Below, one piece after another: positions 17,617 to 26,943 of a stretch of 64,000 nucleotides of DNA (positions within the stretch are counted from its first letter, which is position 1; every line of letters begins with the position of its first letter). The stretch is from assembly GCA_963665325.3 (NCBI GenBank), contig CAXXWS020000002.1, positions 608,001-672,000 of the forward strand, in the 5' to 3' direction. Made by a program: the position numbers and the translations under genes. This stretch comes from Alphaproteobacteria bacterium. Lineage in GTDB: Bacteria > Pseudomonadota > Alphaproteobacteria > Bin95. Below the pieces are notes generated by a model, which saw only the letters and a list, made by a program, of their open reading frames with translations, did not search any database and was not told the origin of the DNA.

Positions 17617-18054
17617 TCAGGTGTGGAGGTCGGCACAGGCTGGCTTGTCGGCATAGGGGCCGTCCTTACCGAAGCCGACGGCCGTGCAATAGACGATGTC
17701 CGAACGGTGCTCCGAGATGGCCGCATAGTCTATGCCGAGGCGGGCAGCGGGCTTGGGGCGCATATTGTGGATGAACACGTCGGCCGTCCGCGCCAACCGG
17801 TAGAGCGCGTCGCGCCCGGCAGGCTGCTTCAGGTCTAGCACGAGGCTGCGCTTGTTGCGCGCCTTGGTAAGGATGCCCGCGGACATGCCCCGGTTGCGGC
17901 TCGGCCCGACCTGGCGGCTGATGTCGCCGCCCGGCGGCTCGACCTTCACCACATCCGCGCCGTAGTCGCCCATGATCTGGGTACAGTAAGGGCCGTACAT
18001 CACGGTCGTCAGGTCGAGCACGCGCAATCCGGCGAGCGGTCCGGGCATCGTCAT
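17617..18054 (-). pseudogene. 5' fragment of a CaiB/BaiF (family III) CoA-transferase truncated by the element
   Basis: GPLAGLRVLDLT..LGADVVKVE-like..RNKRSLVLDLK..GFGKDGPYADKPA, then diverges and stops at 145 aa (family ~400 aa). Confidence 0.85.
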
Positions 18055-18110
18055 CCTCCGGCTGTTTCGCCCATTCTGGCGTGCAGGCCGGTTCCGGGGA
18101 AGGGCGCCCG

Positions 18111-19184
18111 TCAGCCGGTTTGGGCGCGGTGCCGCAGCAGGTGGTCGGCAAGCACCAGTGCCATCATCGCTTCGCCGACCGGCACTGCGCGAATGCCGAC
18201 GCAGGGGTCGTGCCGGCCGGTGGTCACAATTTCGACGGCCTCGCCTGCCTCGGTGACCCCCCGGCGCGGAAGCAGGATCGAACTGGTGGGCTTGACCGCG
18301 AAGCGCGCGACCACCGGCTGGCCCGAGGAGATGCCGCCCAGCACGCCGCCGGCATTGTTGGAAAGGAAGGCGACGCCGCCATCGCCGTCCGGGGCCATCT
18401 CGTCATGGGCGTCTTCGCCGCGCTTCGCCGCGGAAGCGAAGCCGTCGCCGATCTCGACGCCCTTCACGGCATTGATGCTCATCATTGCGGCGGCAAGTTC
18501 CCCGTCTAATTTGCCGTAGACCGGCTCCCCGAGGCCTGCCGGGACACCCTCGGCGACGATTTCGATGACGGCGCCCACCGAGGACCCGGCCTTGCGCACC
18601 GCATCCAGATAGTCTGCCCATTCTTCCGCCGCGGCGGCATCGGGACAGAAGAAGGGATTGGCGCCGACGGCATCCCAGTCCCAGCGTGTGCGGTCCACGC
18701 GCTTTTCCCCGATCTGGACCAGCGCGCCGCGGATCGACACACCGTCTCCGAGGACCTTGCGTGCGATGCCGCCGGCCGCCACTCGCATGGCGGTTTCCCT
18801 CGCTGAGGAACGGCCGCCGCCGCGATAGTCGCGGATACCGTATTTCTTCCAGTAGGTGTAATCGGCATGGCCGGGCCGGAAGCGGTCCGCGATCTTCGAA
18901 TAATCCCTGGAGCGCTGGTCGACATTCTCAATCACGAGGCTGATGGGCGTGCCCGTCGTTTGTCCCTCGAACACGCCTGAGAGGATGCGCACACTGTCCG
19001 GCTCGCGGCGCTGCGTAGTAAAGCGCGACTGGCCGGGCCGGCGCTTGTCGAGCCAAATCTGCAGGTCTTCTTCGGCGAGCGCGATACCGGGCGGGCAGCC
19101 GTCCACGACGCAGCCTATGGCCGGCCCGTGGCTCTCGCCCCAGGTGGAAAAGCGAAAGGTCTGTCCGAACCCGTTGGAGGCCAT
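18111..19184 (-). CDS. aroC: Chorismate synthase
   Basis: [27 protein letters not shown]. True start ATG 19184. Confidence 0.97.
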   Translation of the reverse strand: MASNGFGQTFRFSTWGESHGPAIGCVVDGCPPGIALAEEDLQIWLDKRRPGQSRFTTQRREPDSVRILSGVFEGQTTGTPISLVIENVDQRSRDYSKIADRFRPGHADYTYWKKYGIRDYRGGGRSSARETAMRVAAGGIARKVLGDGVSIRGALVQIGEKRVDRTRWDWDAVGANPFFCPDAAAAEEWADYLDAVRKAGSSVGAVIEIVAEGVPAGLGEPVYGKLDGELAAAMMSINAVKGVEIGDGFASAAKRGEDAHDEMAPDGDGGVAFLSNNAGGVLGGISSGQPVVARFAVKPTSSILLPRRGVTEAGEAVEIVTTGRHDPCVGIRAVPVGEAMMALVLADHLLRHRAQTG

Positions 19185-20023
19185 CAGCCGTATTTCGGCT
19201 TGAAGCTCGCCAGCAGGTCCGACGTGTCTCCCGCCCGGTGCGGGTTCATCATGCCGACGGTGTGGTAGCCGCAATCCACATGATGCACCTCGCCGGTGAC
19301 GCCGGCGCTCATCGGGCTGAGCAGGTAGAGGGCGGACTGGCCGATCTGCTCCAGGGTGACATTGGCCTGCAGCGGCGAGTTCAGCTCGTTCCACCTCAGG
19401 ATGAAACGGAAATCGCCGATCCCGGACGCTGCAAGGGTCTTGACCGGCCCGGCCGATATGGCGTTGACACGTATGCCGTGATTGCCGAAATCGGCCGCCA
19501 TGTAACGCACGCTCGCTTCGAGCGCGGCCTTGGCAACCCCCATGACATTGTAGTGCGGCATCACCTGCTCGGCGCCGTAATAGGAGAGCGTCAACATCGC
19601 CGCGCCCGGCTCCATCAGCGCTGACGCCCTGCGGGCGAGGTCCGTGAAGGAGAAGCAGGAGATGTCGAGCGACATGCGGAAGTTCTCGCGCGTCGTATCG
19701 ACATAGCGGCCCTTGAGTTGGTCCTTGTCGGAAAAGGCAATGGCGTGCACAACGAAATCGAGCCGGCCCCATTCGGCCGCCAGCGTCTCGAACAGGGCGT
19801 CCATGCTAGCGTCGTCGGCGACATCGGCCGGCAGCACCAGCGCTGCGCCCAACGACTCGGCGAGCGGGCGGACGCGCTTGGCAAGCTGTTCCGTTTGGTA
19901 GGTGACCGCGAGTTCGGCGCCGCTCTCCGCCAGCGCCTGCGCGATCCCCCAAGCAATCGAGCGGTCGTTGGCCATGCCCATGATGAGCCCGCGCTTGCCG
20001 GTCATGGCGGTTGTTCCGGTCAT
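19184..20023 (-). CDS. fabI: Enoyl-ACP reductase
   Basis: [36 protein letters not shown]. Confidence 0.96.
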   Translation of the reverse strand: MTGTTAMTGKRGLIMGMANDRSIAWGIAQALAESGAELAVTYQTEQLAKRVRPLAESLGAALVLPADVADDASMDALFETLAAEWGRLDFVVHAIAFSDKDQLKGRYVDTTRENFRMSLDISCFSFTDLARRASALMEPGAAMLTLSYYGAEQVMPHYNVMGVAKAALEASVRYMAADFGNHGIRVNAISAGPVKTLAASGIGDFRFILRWNELNSPLQANVTLEQIGQSALYLLSPMSAGVTGEVHHVDCGYHTVGMMNPHRAGDTSDLLASFKPKYG

Positions 20024-20049
20024 GTCGCTACTCCGGGGTCAGGCGCAGT

Positions 20050-20730
20050 TCAGCTTTCGCCCCCGGTTGCGACCAGCCGCCAGTTCGGATCCGGCGAGCG
20101 TGTGTCGCGGGCGAAGGTCCAGACGTCGGTAATCTCTTCGATGGCGTTGGTCGCGCCGGAGAGCGTCTGCCCTTCGGAGTCGCGCAGCACGCCGACCTGC
20201 TCCGAGACGAAGCGAACCGTCACCCAGGCTTCGTGGTCGTCGAGTCCGGCATCCGTGAGTTCGGCTTCCTTGATGCCGATCAGCGTCGCCTCGAGGACAT
20301 ATCCCTTCGCTTCCCGGTCGGCGATGGTGCGCTCGAAATTGCCGAAGACTTCGGCGCTGGTCAGCGGACGGAGCGTGTCGCGGTCGCCGCCGGCGAACGC
20401 ATTGACGATCATCTCGAAAGCGCCGCGCGCTCCCGAGACGAACCCGTCCGGGTCGAAGCTCCCGTCCACGCTGCGGATGCGCCGCACGCCCTCTCCCAGC
20501 GGCGTGCCGTCGCTCTCCTCGTCTTCGTCATTGTTGCGGTCGGGCAGCGCTATCACATTGTCGTTGGAATTCGTATCGCCGGCGGCATGCGGTTCCGCCG
20601 CCGGCGGGGCTTGGTGGTGCCCTTGGCGGCGCCCGAGAACACTGCGCAGCCGAAAGACGAGGAACGCAGCCACCATAGCGAAGAACAACAGGTCGAAGAA
20701 CGGGATTCCGCCGTCCATGGCGCTCACCAC
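20050..20730 (-). CDS. Tim44/TimA domain protein
   Basis: FRLRSVLGRR, FVSGARGAFEMIV, DVWTFARD..DPNWRLVAT. Confidence 0.9.
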   Translation of the reverse strand: MVSAMDGGIPFFDLLFFAMVAAFLVFRLRSVLGRRQGHHQAPPAAEPHAAGDTNSNDNVIALPDRNNDEDEESDGTPLGEGVRRIRSVDGSFDPDGFVSGARGAFEMIVNAFAGGDRDTLRPLTSAEVFGNFERTIADREAKGYVLEATLIGIKEAELTDAGLDDHEAWVTVRFVSEQVGVLRDSEGQTLSGATNAIEEITDVWTFARDTRSPDPNWRLVATGGES

Positions 20731-20797
20731 CGGCCTGAACGGCCGATCCTTTCACTCGATTGACCAGAGATAAGCCCAAGTCTAGGAAAGGGCAAGT

Positions 20798-21229
20798 ATG
20801 GCCTTTGCAATCCTTTTGGCGCTGATCGGGGTTCCCCTGGTCGAGATCGCCGTCTTCATCGAGGTCGGCGGCTGGATCGGGCTGTGGCCGACGCTCGCCG
20901 TCATTCTGCTCACGGCCTTCGCCGGAACCTGGCTGATTCGCGCGCAGGGTATCGGCGTGCTGATGCGCGCCCGCCGGACGATCGCCGAAGGCGGTGCCCC
21001 CTTGCGCGAGATGTTCGACGGAGTGTGCCTGGTCGTGGCGGGCGCTTTCCTGCTGACGCCGGGATTCGTGACGGATGCCACCGGCTTCCTGCTGCTGCTG
21101 CCGCCGTTCCGCGACCTTGCCGCCGGCTGGGCCTGGCGGCGCTGGGGCGGCGAGATCCGCGTTCGGCAAGGCGGGCCGGATGTCATTGAGGGCGAATACC
21201 ACGACGATACGCCGGGAGAGCCGCGATGA
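20798..21229 (+). CDS. fxsA: FxsA family membrane protein
   Basis: VPLVEIAVFIEVG, LLTPGFVTD, VIEGEY. Confidence 0.92.
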   Translation: MAFAILLALIGVPLVEIAVFIEVGGWIGLWPTLAVILLTAFAGTWLIRAQGIGVLMRARRTIAEGGAPLREMFDGVCLVVAGAFLLTPGFVTDATGFLLLLPPFRDLAAGWAWRRWGGEIRVRQGGPDVIEGEYHDDTPGEPR

Positions 21230-21777
21230 TCCTGCTGCGCCACGGCCAGACGCTGTGGAACCTGCATTTCGGCCAGACGCGCATCGATCCGGGACTCCCC
21301 GATCCGGGATTGACGCAGGAAGGCCGCCGCCAGGCCGCGGCCGCCGCGGAGGCTCTGGCCTGCCGGGGCGTCAAGCTGCTGTTCGCAAGCCCCTACCGCC
21401 GTACGCTGGAAACGGCGGCGGTGGTTGCCGAGCGGCTGGACGTTCCCGTTTTTATCGAGCCGCTGCTGCGCGAGCGTGCTGGCTTTTCGTGCGACATCGG
21501 GACCCGCGCCGGAATGCTGGCCGAGGCCTGGCCGGCGCTCGACTTCTCCGCGCTCGACGAACGCTGGTGGTGCGACCTCGGAGAGAGCGACGAGGAGGTG
21601 CTGGCGCGTGCCCGCGCCTTCCGCGCCGCCATTGCCGAGCGCCCCGACCGCGACAGCATCTGCGCCGTGACCCATTGGGGCGTGGTCCGGGCGTTGACCG
21701 GCGAGACCGTCGAGAACGGTGCGATCCGCGAGCACGACCCTTCGGGCGCGCTTCCTCCCGTAACCCCCACGTGCTAG
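21226..21777 (+). CDS. Histidine phosphatase family protein
   Basis: LLRHGQT, SPYRRTLET, VTHWG. Confidence 0.9.
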   Translation: MILLRHGQTLWNLHFGQTRIDPGLPDPGLTQEGRRQAAAAAEALACRGVKLLFASPYRRTLETAAVVAERLDVPVFIEPLLRERAGFSCDIGTRAGMLAEAWPALDFSALDERWWCDLGESDEEVLARARAFRAAIAERPDRDSICAVTHWGVVRALTGETVENGAIREHDPSGALPPVTPTC

Positions 21778-21808
21778 ACGAAACGCCCTTGCAGGAAGGC
21801 AGCGGCCA

Positions 21809-22291
21809 ATGAACGGAAATGGCGCGGACGCCACTGCTGACTCACCGCAACGCGTGACCATCGGCGCCCAGTACGTCAAGGATCTCTCCTTCGAGAGTCC
21901 GAACGCGCCAATGAGCTTCAACGAGTTGGACTCGCGGCCCGAGATCGGCATCGACCTGAATGTCGAGGTGCGCCCGCTGCAAGACAACCACTACGAGGTC
22001 ATCCTGCACATGACGGCGCGCGCCAGGCGTGGCGAGAATGTCCTCTTTCTGGTGGAGCTCTCCTACGGCGCGGTCGCGTCCGTGCCGCCGGTGCCTGACG
22101 AGGTCCGCACCAGGGTGGTCGGCGCCGAGGTGCCGAAACTGCTGTTCCCGTTCGCCCGGGGCATCGTCGCCAATGCGGTGCGCGACGGGGGCTTTCCGCC
22201 CTTCCTCATCGACCCCATCGACTTCGACGCGCTGTTCGAGCGCGCCGCGGCCGCGAAGGCGAATGAGCAATCACAGGAAGCGGAGGCATGA
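21809..22291 (+). CDS. secB: Protein export chaperone SecB
   Basis: QYVKDLSFESP, LLFPFAR, GGFPPFLIDPIDF. Confidence 0.95.
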   Translation: MNGNGADATADSPQRVTIGAQYVKDLSFESPNAPMSFNELDSRPEIGIDLNVEVRPLQDNHYEVILHMTARARRGENVLFLVELSYGAVASVPPVPDEVRTRVVGAEVPKLLFPFARGIVANAVRDGGFPPFLIDPIDFDALFERAAAAKANEQSQEAEA

Positions 22292-23715
22292 CCGCCCTCA
22301 ATCTTGCGGCCCGGATCGCGGCGGGCGAATTATCGGCGGGCGAGGCGCTGGAGGAGGCGATTTCGCGCACCGAGGCCGTCCATGCGCGCCTCAACGCCGT
22401 GACGCGCACCCTGTATGACGAGGCCCGCGCCGAGGTCGCGGCCGGATTGCCGGAAGGCCCCTTCACCGGTGTGCCGTTTCCGCTCAAGGACCTCTCCATA
22501 AGCTATGCCGGCGTGCCGACGACCGGCGGCAGCCGGGCGATGGCGGAGATGCCGGCACCGCGCGACAGCGAGTTGATGCGCCGCTACCGCGCCGCCGGGA
22601 TGGTGGCCTATTGCAAGACCAACACGCCGGAGCTCGGCTCGCTCGGGACGACCGAGCCGCTGCTGTTCGGGCCGTGCCGGAACCCCTGGAACCCGGAGCA
22701 CAGCTGCGGCGGGTCCAGCGGCGGGTCGGCGGTTCTCGTTGCCGCGCGCGCCGTGCCCGTTGCGCATGCGACGGACGGCGCAGGGTCGATCCGTATCCCG
22801 GCGTCCTGCTGCGGCATTTTCGGCCTGAAGCCGACGCGGGCCCGGATCACCATGGGGCCGGATGTCGGGGAGGCCGTGGGCGGCATCGCGAACGAGCACG
22901 CCGTCTCGATCTCGGTGCGGGACAATGCTGCGCTGCTGGACGCAACCCAGGGCGGCATGCCGGGAGACCCTTATGCCTGCCCGCCGCCGGAGCGCCCGTT
23001 CGCCGAGGACGTCGGCGCCAATCCCGGCAGGCTGCGGATCGCCTTCACCGACCGGTCGATCACCGGCACGTCCCTGCATCCCGATTGCGTGGCGGCAGTG
23101 CGGGACACGGCGAAGCTTCTTGAAGACCTCGGGCACGATGTGGAGGAGGCGGCGCCGCCGCTCGATGCGGAGACCTTCCGCGAGTTCTATATCCGCTTCT
23201 GGCCCTTCAGTGTGGCGCGGCACGAGAGGCGCCTGTCGCGCGCTGCCGGCCAGCCGGTGGACCGATCGCTGTTTGAGCCGTTCAACCGCTACCTGCTGGA
23301 AAAGACGGACAGCATACTTGCGGCGGACTATCTGGCGGACCTTGCGTGGTTCCACGGCATGAGCCGGGACTTCGCGGCATTCATGGAGGGCTACGCGCTC
23401 TGGCTGACGCCGACGCTCGGCCATCCGCCGCCCCGGCTCGGCCATTTCGATTGCGACGAACATGGTGGCCCGGAGGTGATGGAACGCTTCATGCAGTTCC
23501 TGCCATTCACGCCCTTCGCCAACCTGACCGGCCAGCCGTCGGCAACCCTGCCGCTCTACTGGAACGCGGAAGGCCTGCCCGTCGGCAGCCTGCTGACCGC
23601 GCGATACGGCGACGAGGCGATGCTGTTCCGCGTCTCGGCGCAGCTGGAGGAGGCGCGTCCCTGGGCCGGGAGGATACCGCCCGGTTACGGCGGCGAGGAG
23701 GGAGGCGGCGATTAG
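22288..23715 (+). CDS. Amidase signature family protein
   Basis: [26 protein letters not shown]. Confidence 0.93.
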   Translation: MTALNLAARIAAGELSAGEALEEAISRTEAVHARLNAVTRTLYDEARAEVAAGLPEGPFTGVPFPLKDLSISYAGVPTTGGSRAMAEMPAPRDSELMRRYRAAGMVAYCKTNTPELGSLGTTEPLLFGPCRNPWNPEHSCGGSSGGSAVLVAARAVPVAHATDGAGSIRIPASCCGIFGLKPTRARITMGPDVGEAVGGIANEHAVSISVRDNAALLDATQGGMPGDPYACPPPERPFAEDVGANPGRLRIAFTDRSITGTSLHPDCVAAVRDTAKLLEDLGHDVEEAAPPLDAETFREFYIRFWPFSVARHERRLSRAAGQPVDRSLFEPFNRYLLEKTDSILAADYLADLAWFHGMSRDFAAFMEGYALWLTPTLGHPPPRLGHFDCDEHGGPEVMERFMQFLPFTPFANLTGQPSATLPLYWNAEGLPVGSLLTARYGDEAMLFRVSAQLEEARPWAGRIPPGYGGEEGGGD

Positions 23716-23743
23716 CGCGGACCGGGAATTTTCGCCGCCCGAG

Positions 23744-23917
23744 GTGGAAGAAGGGGAGGTCTGGAGCGATCTCCTGCGGTCGTTCCTGCGCGGCGCCGCC
23801 TTTCTGGGAGTTGCCGCCGCCGTTGCCGTTGGCGGGCTCTACTATCTCTATTACCTGATGAGCACCGGACAAATGAATCACTTCCCGCTTGTCTGCGGGG
23901 CCATCGGCCTGGAGTAG
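23744..23917 (+). CDS. Small single-pass membrane protein (57 aa; not in ORF track)
   Basis: MEEGEVWSDLLRSFLRGAAFLGVAAAVAVGGLYYLYYLMSTGQMNHFPLVCGAIGLE; fills the intergenic gap. Confidence 0.45.
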   Translation: MEEGEVWSDLLRSFLRGAAFLGVAAAVAVGGLYYLYYLMSTGQMNHFPLVCGAIGLE

Positions 23918-23921
23918 GCGG

Positions 23922-24689
23922 TCAGTCCTTCGGCAGGAAGGCGAACAATTCGGCGAGCAGGTCGCCGGGCGCTTCCTCGGGAATGAAATGGCCGCAATCG
24001 AGCGCGCGGCCCCGATCTGCTGCATCATGCTCCATATCCAGTGTGACGGCGCGATAATCGGCACACATGGCGCGCACGGTTTCCGGATCGGAGAAGCAAC
24101 GGAGATATTCAGCATAAGCTTCGTCGTCGAAGGCGCCCGGAACTGCGCTCCACTGGTCGAGGAAGAAATCCAGGAACAGCTTCGGGTCGGCCGAGAACAC
24201 CTTTTCCGGGAGCGGCGAGGGCTGGCGCATCAGGTTCCAGTGGAACCAGGAGAAGGCCAGCGACGCATCCATGTTCTCGAAGGCCTCCAGGGACGGCACC
24301 ACGTCCAGATTGGTGAAGCTCAGCACGCGCTCCGGATGGTCGAGCGCCAGCCGCAGCCCCACGCGCACGCCCCGGTCGTGTCCGACGAGGTGGAAGGCGT
24401 CGAAGCCGAGTGCGCGCATGACCTCCACCTGGTCGTTTGCGGTGGTCCGCTTGCAGTAAGTTATGTGGTTGTCGGGGACGGAGGGCGGCTTGCCGCTGTC
24501 GCCATAGCCCCGCAAGTCGGGACAGACGACTGTGTAACGCTCCGCCAGGCGCGGCGCGACCTTGTGCCATTCGACATGGCTCTGCGGGTAGCCGTGCAGC
24601 AACAGCACGGGCGGCCCCTTACCGCCATGCACGACGTTGATGCAGCATTCCCCGGTATCGATCCTCGACCTCTCGAATCCTTCGAACAT
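23922..24689 (-). CDS. Haloacetate/fluoroacetate dehalogenase-like alpha/beta hydrolase with apparent internal deletion
   Basis: LLHGYPQ, DLRGYG, GHDRG nucleophile elbow, FHW, CADYRA, CGHFIPEE. Confidence 0.8.
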   Translation of the reverse strand: MFEGFERSRIDTGECCINVVHGGKGPPVLLLHGYPQSHVEWHKVAPRLAERYTVVCPDLRGYGDSGKPPSVPDNHITYCKRTTANDQVEVMRALGFDAFHLVGHDRGVRVGLRLALDHPERVLSFTNLDVVPSLEAFENMDASLAFSWFHWNLMRQPSPLPEKVFSADPKLFLDFFLDQWSAVPGAFDDEAYAEYLRCFSDPETVRAMCADYRAVTLDMEHDAADRGRALDCGHFIPEEAPGDLLAELFAFLPKD

Positions 24690-24834
24690 GTTCTGTCCCG
24701 CTGTTTTGCCGATCAAGCGTTGGAGAAGCCGACATTGTCAACGAAGGAGGGCCCCGTCGCCCGGCCCGCCTTGTTTGACCCGGTCGCTTGGGGCCTGTAT
24801 TCAAACGCCAAGAGCAGATACCGGACGGCGGGGA

Positions 24835-25248
24835 ATGGCTGAGGAAACCACCATCGAGAAGCTGTGCCGTGAAAAGCATCTGCGCCTGACCGGCCAGCGC
24901 AGGGTGGTGGCGCGCGTTCTCTCCGACAGCCCCGATCACCCGGATGTCGATACCGTCTATCGCCGCGCGAGCCGGATCGACACGAATATCTCCATCGCAA
25001 CCGTCTATCGGACGCTCAAGCTGTTCGAGGACGCCAATGTGCTGACTCGACATGACTTCGGCGGCGGGCGGGCGCGCTACGAGGAGGCAGGCGACCATCA
25101 CGACCACCTGATCGACATCGAGACAGGGGTTGTGAAGGAGTTTTACGACGCTGAACTCGAGGAGATGAAAAGCCGGATTGCCGAGCGGCTCGGTTTCGAT
25201 CTGGTCGATCATCGCCTGGAGCTCTATGGCCGTCGCCGTCGCGGGTAG
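24835..25248 (+). CDS. fur: Fur family regulator (Fur/Mur)
   Basis: LTGQRRVV, DHPDV, ISIATVYRTLKL, HHDHLID. Start ATG 24835. Confidence 0.88.
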   Translation: MAEETTIEKLCREKHLRLTGQRRVVARVLSDSPDHPDVDTVYRRASRIDTNISIATVYRTLKLFEDANVLTRHDFGGGRARYEEAGDHHDHLIDIETGVVKEFYDAELEEMKSRIAERLGFDLVDHRLELYGRRRRG

Positions 25249-26935
25249 CGTACGGCACCGGGCAAGGCCAGCCTCGACGCCGGACGGTTGGGCCTGGGTA
25301 ACCTTGGCGGTTGCCGCGCTGGCGGCCGTGCCGATCCTTTCGGTTATCTGGACGGCGTTCACGCCGACCCTCGACATCTGGCGTCATCTGGCTGCGACCG
25401 TTCTGCCGGACTATATCTGGAACTCCTTCCTGCTGGCCGTCGGCGTGGCGCTGGGCACGGCATTGCTCGGCGTTGCGACCGCTTGGCTGGTCACCATGCA
25501 CCGGTTTCCGGGAAGCCGTGCTTTCGATTGGCTGCTGCTGCTGCCGCTGGCCATGCCGGCTTACGTGGTCGCCTATGTCTACACCGACCTGCTCGAATAT
25601 GCCGGCGCCGTGCAGGTCTTCTTGCGCGCGTTGTTCGGCTGGACGACCTCGCAGGATTACTGGTTCCCCGAAATCCGCTCGCTCGGCGGCGCCGTCTCGC
25701 TATTCTCACTTGTGCTCTATCCATATGTCTATCTCGTCTCCAAGGCTGCCTTCATCGAACAGAACATTTGTGTGCTGGAAGTGAGCCGTTTGCTCGGTTG
25801 CACGCCCTGGCAGGCATTCCGGCGCGTCGCACTACCGCTGGCGCGCCCGGCGGTGGCCATCGGTGTCATTCTCGCTCTCATGGAAACCCTGAACGATCTG
25901 GGCGCAGTCGAGTTCTTTGCGCTGCGTACCTTCACGGTCGGAATCTTCGATGTCTGGATGAATATGGGCAATGCGGCGGGTGCCTCCCAACTGGCGCTCG
26001 TGCTGTTGATCGTCATAGCCGGATTGATATGGGCGGAACGCGCGGCCCGCCGCCGCCGCCGGTTCCACCATACGAGCGGGCGCTACCGGCGCCTCGACCC
26101 GCAGCGCCTCTCCGGGCGGGCGGCAGGCGTCGCCTTCATTGTCTGCGCGCTTCCCGTGCTGCTGGGCTTCCTTCTGCCGTCGGCAGTGTTGGCCTGGTAT
26201 GCGGTCACGGCCTGGGAGCCGGACCGGCTGCCGGACTTCCTGCTGTTCGCCGAGCACAGCCTGACCCTGGCTGGCATTGCGGCGCTGGCGGCCTCGGCAT
26301 TCGGTCTGGTGCTCGCCTATGGCGCGAGGGCCGGCGCGCCGCCTTTGGCACAGGGGGCGGCGCGCTTCGTCTCGCTCGGATATGCCGTGCCGGGCGCCGT
26401 TCTCGCGCTCGGCGTGATGATCCCGCTCGCCGGCCTCGACCGGACAATCGATGCCTTCGCGCGGGCGGAGTTCGGCACTTCCACGGGATTGCTGTTCAGC
26501 GGGACGCTCTTTGCAGTATCGGCGGCGCTCACGGTGCGTTTCCTGGCTCTCGCTTACGGCACCAGCGACGCCGGCCTCTCGAAGGTGACGCCGAATATCG
26601 ACAGTGCGGCCCGCACGCTTGGCCACGGGCCCTTTTCCCGCCTCAAGCGCGTGCACCTGCCCATCGTGCGCGGCAGCGTGCTCACGGGTGCGCTCCTGGT
26701 CTTCGTCGACTCGATGAAGGAACTGCCCATGACGTTGATCTTGAGGCCCTTCAACTACGAGACGCTGGCGACCAATGTCTATCAGTTCGCCTCGGATGAA
26801 CTGCTTGAGGAATGTGCGCTTTCGGCGCTGGCAATCGTGCTGGCCGGCGTGGTGCCGGTGGTGCTGCTGACCCGCATCATCAGGCAGTCGCGCGCGGGAG
26901 AGGAGCTGATTCCGCACCGGCAGGAAGAGCAGTAG
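25226..26935 (+). CDS. Fe3+ ABC transporter permease (FbpB-like)
   Basis: LPLAMPAYV, LYPYVY, LPLARPA, MKELP..LILRPFN. Confidence 0.9.
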   Translation: MAVAVAGSVRHRARPASTPDGWAWVTLAVAALAAVPILSVIWTAFTPTLDIWRHLAATVLPDYIWNSFLLAVGVALGTALLGVATAWLVTMHRFPGSRAFDWLLLLPLAMPAYVVAYVYTDLLEYAGAVQVFLRALFGWTTSQDYWFPEIRSLGGAVSLFSLVLYPYVYLVSKAAFIEQNICVLEVSRLLGCTPWQAFRRVALPLARPAVAIGVILALMETLNDLGAVEFFALRTFTVGIFDVWMNMGNAAGASQLALVLLIVIAGLIWAERAARRRRRFHHTSGRYRRLDPQRLSGRAAGVAFIVCALPVLLGFLLPSAVLAWYAVTAWEPDRLPDFLLFAEHSLTLAGIAALAASAFGLVLAYGARAGAPPLAQGAARFVSLGYAVPGAVLALGVMIPLAGLDRTIDAFARAEFGTSTGLLFSGTLFAVSAALTVRFLALAYGTSDAGLSKVTPNIDSAARTLGHGPFSRLKRVHLPIVRGSVLTGALLVFVDSMKELPMTLILRPFNYETLATNVYQFASDELLEECALSALAIVLAGVVPVVLLTRIIRQSRAGEELIPHRQEEQ

Positions 26936-26943
26936 CGGCGGCT

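Larger units (their letters stand above)
1..17630. mobile_element. Right arm of an integrated RepC-type plasmid / ICE-like element (left end outside the window)
   Basis: Cluster of RepC, ParA, ParB paralogs, serine recombinase, Toprim primase, DUF2493-like and HU genes. It ends where a chromosomal CoA-transferase gene is truncated. Confidence 0.85.

Noticed and set aside
18111-19772. Apparent long N-terminal extensions or fusions (aroC 553 aa, ACAD 639 and 658 aa, pckA, chvG)
   Set aside because: Artefacts of the longest-ORF start choice overlapping upstream genes.
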